Under the pieces are notes generated by a model, which saw only the letters and a program-made list of their open reading frames with translations, was not told where the DNA came from and ran no database searches. A stretch of DNA of 64,000 nt. It comes from Candidatus Binatia bacterium (GTDB lineage: Bacteria; Desulfobacterota; Binatia; UBA9968; CAXXLF01). The first letter of the stretch is position 1. Each line of letters opens with the position of its first letter. This document shows, one piece after another, positions 55,011 to 64,000 of the stretch. The stretch is taken from the NCBI GenBank assembly GCA_963664015.2, contig CAXXLF010000002.1, forward strand, positions 416,001 to 480,000, written 5' to 3'. The translations under genes and the position numbers were made by a program.

Positions 55011-55066
55011 TTGACAGCTTATGGGACGATGCTTAACTTTTTGACAGGTCAAACCTGACCAGGTCG
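55011..55066 (+). promoter_or_regulatory. Putative hsp20 promoter and operator-like repeats
   Basis: TTGACA-N17-TAACTT followed by TTGACAGGTCAAACCTGACCAGGTC. Confidence 0.45.
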
Positions 55067-55111
55067 AAGAAGAACAATGAGAAGAGGAACAATCAAAGGA
55101 GGAAGAGTACA

Positions 55112-55588
55112 ATGAGAAACCTAATAAGATGGAATCCTGTTTCAGAGTTAACAAGTGGGCTCGGGGAATTTGACGATCTATACGATCGCTTTCGCGGCCG
55201 TCCATTTCGCGTAAGCCAAGAGGGTAATCAGTGGTGGCCGACCCTGGAATCCTATACTAAGGACGGCAAGGCTTTCGTGCGACTGGACTTGCCTGGTGTC
55301 GATCCGAAAGATGTGGAAGTCGTCGCGGAAGACGGCTCCCTGATCATCAGGGGGGAGCGCAAAGGGGCAAAGGAGGTGGAAGAGAAATACTACCACTATC
55401 GTGAGACCTACTTTGGAAAGTTTGAGCGGCGTCTGACCCTACCTAAAGGTACACACACCAGTAAGATTGCGGCACGCTACGACGACGGCGTCCTGGAAGT
55501 CTCCATGCCGCTCCCAACCCATCTTGCGGCCAAGAAGGTAGCGATCCAGATCGAAGGCGGCAAGAGCGAATCGAGCCAGACGGCCTGA
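55112..55588 (+). CDS. Hsp20/alpha-crystallin small heat-shock protein
   Basis: DLPGV, IRGER, FGKFERRLTLP, ARYDDGVLEV. Confidence 0.94.
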   Translation: MRNLIRWNPVSELTSGLGEFDDLYDRFRGRPFRVSQEGNQWWPTLESYTKDGKAFVRLDLPGVDPKDVEVVAEDGSLIIRGERKGAKEVEEKYYHYRETYFGKFERRLTLPKGTHTSKIAARYDDGVLEVSMPLPTHLAAKKVAIQIEGGKSESSQTA

Positions 55589-55613
55589 GCCTAGCGCCAA
55601 AGGCGCAGTAATT

Positions 55614-55648
55614 AGGGGAACCCTTTGATCGAGGGTTCCCCTTTTTTT
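55614..55648 (+). terminator. Intrinsic terminator after hsp20
   Basis: AGGGGAACCCT-N7-AGGGTTCCCCT followed by T-run. Confidence 0.85.
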
Positions 55649-55744
55649 ATCAAATTGTTTATTCCCCCTCGAAAAATACCATGCGCCTAACTCTATGGTG
55701 GCGTCATCGACGATCACCCATTCCTCTTAAAACCGAAAATGCGT

Positions 55745-55781
55745 TCGACCATTTGGTCGAGTTTTTCGACCATAACGGCGA
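55745..55781. promoter_or_regulatory. Tandem enhancer-like (UAS) palindromes
   Basis: TCGACCATTTGGTCGA and TCGACCATAACGGCGA, 21 bp apart. Confidence 0.65.
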
Positions 55782-55855
55782 ATTACATAAACCTTTTGCT
55801 TCCCGTCACCGACACAAACACTGAAATTTCAGGTTCTTGAATGGCCCGAACATGT

Positions 55856-55871
55856 TGGCACACCTGATGCA
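55856..55871 (+). promoter_or_regulatory. sigma54 -24/-12 promoter
   Basis: TGGCACACCTGATGCA (GG-N10-GC). Confidence 0.7.
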
Positions 55872-55915
55872 ATAGGGAATAGCATTCGAATGCAAATGAA
55901 GAGGAGGACACGGTC

Positions 55916-56347
55916 ATGAAAAGAATCATAGGTATAATCGTAGCTGGAGGAGCTCTGATCCTGTTGATCGGTGCGGCTACGGCCCACTGGGAAGGCGGGG
56001 ACGGCGGCCCAGGGAGAGGACGAGGCATAGGATACGGGATGGGATATGGAATTGGACACGGTCACGGAATGGGATGGGGTGCAGGACCCGACGATTTCCA
56101 GGGTCGGAGCGGTCCCGCCACAGAGACCGCACCCTTGACTGAGGAAAAGGCCAAGGAGCTGGCCGAGAAATACGCGGAGCAGTTTCTGGCTGGCTTCAAA
56201 GTGGAGAAGGTTCTCCCCTTCACCGGAATGCATCACACGGCTTACGCGATAGAGCTCAAGAATTCGGAGGGAGAGCTGCGGACATTCCACGTCAACCCGT
56301 TTGGTAACGTGGTGCCGTTTGGAGGCCCCTATAGGCACGGTTCGTAG
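55916..56347 (+). CDS. Small secreted Gly/His/Met-rich protein with PepSY-like C-domain
   Basis: GAGGAGG RBS, signal peptide, GYGMGYGIGHGHGMGWG, LTEEKAKELA...YAIEL...FHVNPFG. Confidence 0.75.
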   Translation: MKRIIGIIVAGGALILLIGAATAHWEGGDGGPGRGRGIGYGMGYGIGHGHGMGWGAGPDDFQGRSGPATETAPLTEEKAKELAEKYAEQFLAGFKVEKVLPFTGMHHTAYAIELKNSEGELRTFHVNPFGNVVPFGGPYRHGS

Positions 56348-56475
56348 AACCGAAACGAAAGGGGCTCCAAGCCCCCCGGGTCCAAATAGACCCGGAAGGC
56401 TTTTTAAGATCCGGTCCAAACCAATCAAAAGTCGATCAAAACACAGAATCAAAATATGAGGAGGAAACAGAGATT

Positions 56476-57945
56476 ATGTTTAAATCCATCAAATTAAAAA
56501 CCTTAGTGATCGCAACCTCGGCTGCATGCGTGATCGGCCTGGTGCTGAGCAGTCAGCTTGATCTTACTCGACCTATCTCCGCCGCGCCGTCACCGGCGCA
56601 GGATAACAATACTGTATCGGCGCAAACAGCCCAAACCTTACCCGACTTCGTCAGCCTGGCAAAACGCTTGAGTCCCACGGTAGTCAATATCTCCACAGTG
56701 CAGGTCAGAGAGGCGGCTCAAAGCGGGCCCAATCCCTTCGGAGAAGAGCACCCATTCAATGAATTCTGGAGAAGGTTTGGCAATCCATTGCCCAGAGGTC
56801 CTTCCCGTGAGAGGAGTTTGGGGTCCGGCTTTATCATCAGCCCCGACGGCTATATCTTGACCAATAACCATGTAGTGGAAAAGTCCGAAAGGATTGTGGT
56901 CAAGCTTTCCAACGAGCGTGAGTTCGACGCGGAAGTGGTCGGCAAGGATCCGAAGACCGACGTTGCGCTCCTGAAAATCGAATCTAAAGAGCCTCTCCCT
57001 TCGGTACCTCTCGGTGATTCGCTGGGACTTCAGGTAGGGGAATGGGTCCTGGCAATCGGTAATCCATTTGGCCTGGAACACACAGTCACGTCCGGGATTG
57101 TCAGCGCCAAGGGTAGACAGATCGGCGCCGGCCCCTACGACAACTTCATCCAGACCGACGCTTCCATCAATCCGGGAAACTCGGGCGGTCCACTGATCAA
57201 CAGGAACGGAGAAATCGTCGGGATCAACACGGCGATCTTCAGCCGGAGCGGGGGCAACATTGGAATCGGGTTCGCCATCCCGATCAATCTGGTCAAAGAG
57301 CTCTTGCCCCAACTCAAGGACAACGGAAAAGTCACCCGAGGCTGGTTAGGTGTCACGATCCAAAAAGTCACACCGGAGGTTGCGGAGGCCCTTGGGATGG
57401 CTGAGCCAAGAGGGGCACTCGTCGCTGGCCTCTCCCCCAATGGTCCGGCGAAGCGATCTGGGGTGGAGATCGGCGATGTAATCATCGAATTCGACGAAAC
57501 ACAGGTCAAAAGCTACAACGAGCTCCCCATGCTAGTTGCCCGGATAGCCGTAAATCGGAAGGTTAACCTAAAGGCCGTCAGGGACGCCAAGGAAATCAAC
57601 CTCACGGTTACCGTTGGAAAATTGAAGGAGAAACCTACCCTCGCCTCCATCGATGAGAAAGACACCCTGGGTCTCACGGTTCAAGAGGTAACCGCCGAAC
57701 TGGCGGAGCGCCTGGGACTCGACTCCCCAAAAGGAGTCGTCATTACCGCCGTTGAGTCCGGTAGCGTTGCCGAAGATTCGGGGCTTCGCCGCGGCGACGT
57801 GATCCTGAAAATTAACCGCAAGCCGATTAGAAGTCTCAAGGAATTCCTGAATGCAGCCGAGACGATAGACAACGGGAAAAGCACTCTTTTCCTCGTCTCC
57901 CGCGAGGGAACAACATTGTTTTTCGCCCTCAAGAACTTCGGCTAG
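56476..57945 (+). CDS. degP: DegP/DegQ (HtrA) serine protease with two PDZ domains
   Basis: TNNHVV, TDVALLK, NPGNSGG. Confidence 0.93.
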   Translation: MFKSIKLKTLVIATSAACVIGLVLSSQLDLTRPISAAPSPAQDNNTVSAQTAQTLPDFVSLAKRLSPTVVNISTVQVREAAQSGPNPFGEEHPFNEFWRRFGNPLPRGPSRERSLGSGFIISPDGYILTNNHVVEKSERIVVKLSNEREFDAEVVGKDPKTDVALLKIESKEPLPSVPLGDSLGLQVGEWVLAIGNPFGLEHTVTSGIVSAKGRQIGAGPYDNFIQTDASINPGNSGGPLINRNGEIVGINTAIFSRSGGNIGIGFAIPINLVKELLPQLKDNGKVTRGWLGVTIQKVTPEVAEALGMAEPRGALVAGLSPNGPAKRSGVEIGDVIIEFDETQVKSYNELPMLVARIAVNRKVNLKAVRDAKEINLTVTVGKLKEKPTLASIDEKDTLGLTVQEVTAELAERLGLDSPKGVVITAVESGSVAEDSGLRRGDVILKINRKPIRSLKEFLNAAETIDNGKSTLFLVSREGTTLFFALKNFG

Positions 57946-57988
57946 TGGCCCTGTTTCTATAGAAGGATAAAAGGTCTATATTTTGATT

Positions 57989-59752
57989 ATGAAGAAGCCG
58001 TTTTTACCACGCTACTTCATTGCGTCCGTCATTCTCCTGCTCGTTCTGGTTTCTCTCTACGTGCTTTCGGAAAGCCGGAGGCTGCAGCAGGAACTTTTAC
58101 GACAGACCTCGGCCAAGGGGATGGCCCTGGCCGAGGCCATGGAGTCGAGTGCCAAAAATGCCATCCTCGGAAATTCACTTCTGGAAAAGCTGGTCAGCGA
58201 GCGGCTTTTGGACAACGCCCGGTTAATCGATCAGCTTCTTCTCTCCGGTCCCGTAAGCAGTGACTTTCTACAAGAACTCAGTACAATGAATCGTCTTCAC
58301 AAGATCGAACTCCTCGATCAGCGTGGGCATCCCTGGGAGATCCCAGAACCACCACCCATGCCCCGGCAGATGAGAGAGATGATGGCAGAGATGGGACAGC
58401 AGATGCACAGAGGAGCCAGGCCAGAACGTCAAAGAATGATGACTTTCATGTGGGGAAGACGGTGGGTCTTACCCGGAGACCGGGACGATTCCAGAACAGA
58501 CACTCCTCCTCCGGTCACGGAACAGAAATTTTGGGAAGGAAGCGTCTTCGGCGTAGCCATCGGGGCCCGTAGCATACCGGGAATTATCGCCGTCCATGCC
58601 AATGCAGACTACATCTTAAATTTCAAAAAAGAGATCGGCGTACAGCGCCAGATCGAGGATCTGGGCCGGCAGCCGGATATCCACCACGTGGCACTGCTCG
58701 ACAACCAATACAACTACGTGGCTCATACGGACCGCAGCCTGATCGGCAAGAAGGCACCGGAGGGACCTTTCTTGAAGACCCAGGCCGGCGGTAAAACCCA
58801 CGCGGAAATCATTCAACTGGACCAGGGACGACTCTATCAGCTGGTCAAACCCATCAGTCTCAACAGCTCTCCCATGGGCTTTCTGCAGATCGGGCTTTCT
58901 CTCGAACCCATGGAGGTCGCCTGGCGAAGCAGTTTGTGGTCCATTCTGATCCTTGGAGTGGCTATCCTCGCCGTCGGGATCCTCGGTATGGCCGCCATCT
59001 TTTACAACCAGGACTCGCACCTGCGGGAGGTCAAGGCCCTGGAAGCCGAGGTCGCACGCCGCGAGAACCTGTCAGCTCTGGGAAACCTGGCGGCCACCGT
59101 CGCCCATGAGGTCCGAAACCCTCTCAATTCCATCTCCATGGGCCTGCAACGCCTGAGAGCGGAGTTTCATCCCACCGAGGACGAGGATCAATATAACCGC
59201 TTCATCGAGTTGATGCGCGGTGAGGTTCAACGTCTGAACTCCATCGTCGAGCAGTTTCTTTCTCTGGCTCGTCCCCTCGATCTAAAGTTCGAATCCATTC
59301 GGATCGGTGAATTCCTTCAGGAGTTGATGCTCCTGACCGGGGCCGACGGCGAGTCCTCCAAGGTCCAGATTCAGGTCGATGCCCGATCAAATCTCCCCGC
59401 ACTCCGGGCCGATCGAAACTACTTAAAACAGCTCCTGCTGAATTTGATCCTGAATGGGATCCAAGCCATGCCAGAGGGAGGTCCGTTGAAAATTGAGGCG
59501 GGCACGTCCCATGGGGATCTCTCCCTCACCATTTCGGATAGAGGTGTCGGGATTCCTGAAGACAAACTCTCCCGAATCTTTGAGCCCTACTACACTACCA
59601 AAACAAACGGGTCCGGACTCGGCCTCTCTATCGCGCGCAGAATTGTAGAAGCCCATAGTGGAACCATCACGGTAGAGAGCGGTGCCGAGGGAGGCAGTCG
59701 TTTTAGAATTAACCTCCCCATAGATGGACCGCCGGAAAGTAAGGAAACTTAA
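57989..59752 (+). CDS. Membrane sensor histidine kinase (ZraS-like)
   Basis: Two TMs, AHEVRNPL, NLILNG, DRGVG, GSGLGL. Confidence 0.92.
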   Translation: MKKPFLPRYFIASVILLLVLVSLYVLSESRRLQQELLRQTSAKGMALAEAMESSAKNAILGNSLLEKLVSERLLDNARLIDQLLLSGPVSSDFLQELSTMNRLHKIELLDQRGHPWEIPEPPPMPRQMREMMAEMGQQMHRGARPERQRMMTFMWGRRWVLPGDRDDSRTDTPPPVTEQKFWEGSVFGVAIGARSIPGIIAVHANADYILNFKKEIGVQRQIEDLGRQPDIHHVALLDNQYNYVAHTDRSLIGKKAPEGPFLKTQAGGKTHAEIIQLDQGRLYQLVKPISLNSSPMGFLQIGLSLEPMEVAWRSSLWSILILGVAILAVGILGMAAIFYNQDSHLREVKALEAEVARRENLSALGNLAATVAHEVRNPLNSISMGLQRLRAEFHPTEDEDQYNRFIELMRGEVQRLNSIVEQFLSLARPLDLKFESIRIGEFLQELMLLTGADGESSKVQIQVDARSNLPALRADRNYLKQLLLNLILNGIQAMPEGGPLKIEAGTSHGDLSLTISDRGVGIPEDKLSRIFEPYYTTKTNGSGLGLSIARRIVEAHSGTITVESGAEGGSRFRINLPIDGPPESKET

Positions 59753-61123
59753 ATGGCCGATGGCTTCTGCATCCTGGTTGTCGACGATGAGGCACCCCAG
59801 CTGGAACTGATCGGCGGGTTCCTTAGAAGGCACGGCTTCGAAGTTGTCCTGGCCAACGACGGGAAAAAGGCCATAGAAACGTTCCGTCAGGAATCCTTCG
59901 ACCTGGTCATTACGGATCAAAAGATGCCAGGACTATCGGGGCTGGATCTCATCAAAGAGATTCGCACCTTGAATCCGGAGACCGCAGTTATTGTGATGAC
60001 CGCCTATGGAAGCATCGAGACCGCAGTCTCCGCCATAAAGGAAGGGGCGGCAGACTACCTGACAAAGCCTCTTAACCTTGACGAACTGCTTCACCGCATC
60101 GAAAAGGTGCGAGAACGCAATAGCCTGCTGGCAGAAAACCGCGACTTGAAAGAAGCCCTCCAGGAACGTCATCGGGTAGAGGGTATCATCGGAGAGAGCG
60201 GTCACATGCAGGAAGTCCTTTCCCTAGTGCGGCGCGTCGCTCCGAGCGAGGCAACCGTACTGATCCGTGGTGAGAGCGGAACCGGAAAAGAACTCATCGC
60301 CAAAGCCATCCACTTTGCCAGCCCTCGGGCCTCCCACCCCCTTGTCAAAGTCAATTGCGCCGCCCTACCGGAAAATCTGTTGGAATCGGAGTTGTTCGGC
60401 CACGAGAGAGGATCCTTTACGGGCGCGGTGGCCACTCGGAAGGGACGCTTCGAGGTAGCCAACGGCGGGACGCTTTTTCTCGACGAGATCGGCGACCTGC
60501 CGCTCCACCTTCAGGCCAAGCTCCTCAGGGTCCTCCAGGAAAAGGAATTTGAAAGGGTCGGCTCAAGCAGTCCCATAACGGCAGACGTCCGAATCCTTAC
60601 CGCCACTCATCGAGATCTGGAAGGCCTAATGAAAACAGGAAGATTTCGCGAAGATCTCTACTATAGGCTTAATGTTGTCACGATCATCCTCCCACCCTTA
60701 CGAGAGCGACGTCCAGACATCCCTTTTTTACTGGATTACATGCTCAAGGTCTTCCCTGAAAAGAACGGGAAGAGTATTCGTGGTTTTAGCCGGGATGCAC
60801 GAGATGTCCTACTTCGCTACGATTACCCGGGCAACGTGCGGGAACTGGAAAACATCGTCGAGCGGGCTACCGTGCTCACACGTGACGATGTCATTGGAAG
60901 AGCCGACTTGCCCCTGAGTGTCCAGACACCCGATGCGCAGGAAGAAACGGGAACCAACCTGACAGCCGTCGTCGAGGGTTTAGAGAGAAGAATGATCAAA
61001 GAGGCTCTAGCCCAATCCGACGGGGTCCAGACCCGCGCCGCCGAAAAGCTCGGCCTCACCGAACGGGCGCTTCGCTACAAGCTCAAGAAATATGGCTTCC
61101 AGGGCGAAGACCCCGAATCCTGA
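59753..61123 (+). CDS. sigma54-dependent response regulator (NtrC/ZraR-like)
   Basis: Receiver domain, GESGTGKE, GSFTGA, FLDEIG, C-terminal HTH. Confidence 0.94.
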   Translation: MADGFCILVVDDEAPQLELIGGFLRRHGFEVVLANDGKKAIETFRQESFDLVITDQKMPGLSGLDLIKEIRTLNPETAVIVMTAYGSIETAVSAIKEGAADYLTKPLNLDELLHRIEKVRERNSLLAENRDLKEALQERHRVEGIIGESGHMQEVLSLVRRVAPSEATVLIRGESGTGKELIAKAIHFASPRASHPLVKVNCAALPENLLESELFGHERGSFTGAVATRKGRFEVANGGTLFLDEIGDLPLHLQAKLLRVLQEKEFERVGSSSPITADVRILTATHRDLEGLMKTGRFREDLYYRLNVVTIILPPLRERRPDIPFLLDYMLKVFPEKNGKSIRGFSRDARDVLLRYDYPGNVRELENIVERATVLTRDDVIGRADLPLSVQTPDAQEETGTNLTAVVEGLERRMIKEALAQSDGVQTRAAEKLGLTERALRYKLKKYGFQGEDPES

Positions 61124-61903
61124 TCTCCCATCCAATATCCACCATTTTTCCGATTCGCTAACCGTACTATACCAACCGGTATACTCAATAGTTAGGCCTC
61201 CTTATCGACTCATGAAGCTCACAATTCTGTTGATACTCACAGTTGGGTGCTGGCTGTGGCTGTGGTTCATGGTCAAGAGACCCGACAAATAGGCAACATT
61301 GGTACATACAGAAAACGCCTTCTGGGTGAGCAGAGGCATGGCGCCTGCGTCGTTGATGGAGCAGATTAAGCGCTTCGAGAAGGGACGAGGCCTGAAAGTG
61401 CTGGTTGTCACTGCGGTGGTCCTTTGCACAGTGGCGGTTGTACTGCAAATCGTCATTGAGATTTTGTAAAAATGACTGGATGTCCTAATCAAAGGCTTGA
61501 GACAGACCTTCGTCCCGCCGCTTTGTGGACGGGACTTGGCTGCTCAGCCTGAACGTCAGGTGCAAACCCATGAGGCATATGTACTCGGATAATGAGATAA
61601 GCGGGTTCTCTCTGGTGGATACTCTGTTTAGCTTGCTGCCGATCATTCTTATCGCCACCGGGATCTTGATCTTTCGCGAATATTTCGGTTGGAGACTATG
61701 GTTAGCCGTTCCAGGGGGTTTATTACTAGGTCTCATTATCATATAGGGAGATTATTTCCTTCTACCAATGATTGCCGGAAGCAAAGGCAGCACAAAGGAT
61801 AACGATTAAGTTCCATGTTACTATTGAAATACGAAGTGTCAGGGTACTGCATTCCGAGAGTTGGTCGCCGAACAATCACTCCAGCCGCAGACACATCTTT
61901 TTT

Positions 61904-62998
61904 TTAAACTCCATAGAACCGTCTGGCGTTGTCTTCTAGGATCTTCTTTTTCGCCGAGGCCGAGAGGTCGCTTCTCTGCATTAGAAATCGAGCTGTTCCT
62001 TCGCTCCTATCCGCGTGGGGATAATCGGAGGAATACATAAGTTGGTCTTCGCCGATTTCACTGGCCACACGACCAAGGAACGCTTCATTCCCTTCACAAC
62101 CAAAAACGATCCTCCCCGAACGCAGATACTCGGACGGCGGGCGGGAGATCAACTGACGGGCGTTGTAGCGGGGGTTTTCAAAATGATCATCCATGCGTTC
62201 CATATAGGAGGCCACCCAGTTGCACCCAGCTTCTAGAAATGCGAAGCGGAGTTTGGGATACCGGTCCATAAGTCCGCTACAAAGGATGCTGGTTAGTCCC
62301 GCCATAACAGGGAAAAGGCCGGCCAGGACTCGAGTCGGGAAATAATGGGGGAAGAGATCGGTTACACCGGGAAATTCCAAGCTAAAATGAACGGCGATAG
62401 GAAGTTCCAGTTGATTCGCCTCGCCAAAGAATGGATCGTGGTCCGGATGGTCCAGGCGTTTTCCTCCCACGGTGCCGTTAACCATGACGGCCGTTAGTCC
62501 TGCCTCTTTAATATATGACACCTCCCGTGCAGCTCCCGCCGGATCCTGCAGGCAAACCAATCCCACACCTTTCAATCGATCATGTGTGGCTCCGCAGATT
62601 TCACCCAACCACGTGTTGTAAGCGTGGCAAACTCCGTTTCCCAGCACTCCATCGTCTCAGGAGTTGATCTGCAAAAGAAAGCTGGGGTAGAGAAACTGTA
62701 CGTCAATGCCATCCTTGTCCATATCATCAAGTCGCTCTTTGATATTAGAAAGGGTTTGACTCCCCAGGGATGCCCGTCGGAAGTTCACCAGTTCACCGCC
62801 TGGGGGTGCAGCCGTCCCCGGATTGAAGGCTCCTGGAATTCGGGGACGGCGGTAACGGGTTCGACCGTCCATAACCCAAAATTTGTGTCCTTCGTCGTCG
62901 GATATCAGGCGGGGACGGTAGCTCCGCAAAGGAGGCTCCATGTATTTTTCAAAGACTTCCTCCGTCTCAAAGAGATGTCCATCAGCATCGATGATCAT
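61904..62998 (-). pseudogene. Amidohydrolase_2 family protein with one in-frame TGA
   Basis: IIDADGH, LYPS, AYNTWL, LEAGC, SSDYPH; TGA at 62657-62659 in the same frame. Confidence 0.85.
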
Positions 62999-63184
62999 GT
63001 GCTTGTTCTCCAATGGGAAGGTTGGAATCGTTTTGGAGATCGTATTCCTTACTAGGTAAAAGTCATTTGGCACGCGCTATTAATCCGTTGGCCATTAGAT
63101 CCATGCCATCACCCCGGATTCTTTAACGCCTTACGCATTCCACTCAATACAGTAGACGAGCAGTCGTTAACGATCGCAAACGGT

Positions 63185-64000
63185 CTAGCTCTGAAAGACC
63201 AGGGACTTGATCACTACGGGAACAGCGCCGGAGGATTCGATAAAGGCGCCAATGTCAATGTAGTCGAACTCGCGGAGGTCGATACCGTCGATGGACAGTA
63301 CTGGGTTTTCAAGCGCCATCTCTTCCTTGAGATGGATACCCAGGACTCCTCCGATATCACCGTCGCTCACCAGTACGAGAGGGTGGCCATTGGCCAGGAT
63401 CTTCTGCAAGGCCCCCTGCAAGCCGGAGCAGAAGGCCTGCAATCGGGTAAAGGTCGCCGAGCCCCCCCAGTGAAAGGCCACCGCAACCGGTTGGCGGGCG
63501 TCGAGAAGGTCCATGCGGATCAACGCAGCTTCGGTGGCCCGCGTGACCTCGGCCTCGACGATCTCTTCTCCTTCAAGGGCGAACTCAGGCGTCACAACCG
63601 GAAGGCTCCGGATCGGCAAGATGTCCTGAGGGTCGATAAAGATTGTACTACCGCTCACCTGAACCGTGTACTGGGACGCCCCAATGGCTGTAGCACGGAT
63701 TCGGGCCTCCGGTTTGATGAGTGGAATACCCAACCGTTTAACACGCTTCCGCACTTCCACTGCCAGTAAGGAACCCATATCGCCGTAACTCACCTGGTCC
63801 TGACCGTAGATAAATTCGGAAACGCCCCCCGAAAAGCTCACCGATTTCACTCGGCCCTGCAAGGATAAAGGAGGAAGGCGCAGGAGCGATTGTGTCTCAG
63901 GCGACAGATCACCCGGAGCAATGACCTCGAATAACCGGTCAGCCATAGTGGTGCCCATTCTTTTAAGGTCGTTCTCTCCGACCTTCTGGCCCAGTTTCAG
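63185..64000 (-). CDS. eutA: EutA-like (ethanolamine ammonia-lyase reactivase family) protein, 5' part outside the window
   Basis: FSGGVSEF, GDMG, IRATAIGASQYTVQVSGSTI, DYIDIG, VPVVIKSLVF. Confidence 0.85.
   Translation of the reverse strand: MKLGQKVGENDLKRMGTTMADRLFEVIAPGDLSPETQSLLRLPPLSLQGRVKSVSFSGGVSEFIYGQDQVSYGDMGSLLAVEVRKRVKRLGIPLIKPEARIRATAIGASQYTVQVSGSTIFIDPQDILPIRSLPVVTPEFALEGEEIVEAEVTRATEAALIRMDLLDARQPVAVAFHWGGSATFTRLQAFCSGLQGALQKILANGHPLVLVSDGDIGGVLGIHLKEEMALENPVLSIDGIDLREFDYIDIGAFIESSGAVPVVIKSLVFQS

Noticed and set aside
62657-62659. Selenocysteine at the in-frame TGA of the amidohydrolase
   Set aside because: Not at a recognisable catalytic Cys and no convincing SECIS hairpin; TGG to TGA decay is simpler.
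63068-63083. sigma54 promoter TGGCACGCGCTATTAA
   Set aside because: Lacks the -12 GC and faces away from the adjacent gene.

Overview
Bacterial chromosomal window with four zones. The gene content resembles Deltaproteobacteria-like/Binatota genomes, but that is an inference. (1) 1-13.3 kb is an aromatic-catabolism-like cluster: four Rieske oxygenase alpha subunits, a phthalate cis-dihydrodiol dehydrogenase-like Gfo/Idh/MocA enzyme, two 4,5-dihydroxyphthalate-decarboxylase-like proteins and two tandem bicupins. No reductase or ferredoxin is visible in the window. One Rieske gene is split by a 1442-bp DDE insertion sequence with an apparent 2-bp CG duplication. (2) 13.3-17.6 kb is decayed accessory DNA (DUF4197, P63C, IS1595 and YihY remnants). 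(3) 17.7-38.6 kb is intact housekeeping DNA: lepB-lepA, nucleotide-sugar genes, mtnP, ndk, sucCD, mdh, icd and a complete ccmABCDEFGH system, including a ccmD missing from the ORF track. (4) 38.6-64 kb is a mixed accessory/stress region: a CoxM/CoxL deletion chimera, folB/folK, a trehalose operon behind a structured leader, clpB/hsp20, a sigma54 module (small Gly/His/Met-rich secreted protein, DegP, ZraSR-like system), an amidohydrolase pseudogene and a partial eutA-like gene. Accessory genes show many nonsense mutations and deletions while core genes are intact, suggesting ongoing erosion. No rRNA, tRNA or CRISPR array was seen. All product calls come from motif recognition, not database searches.
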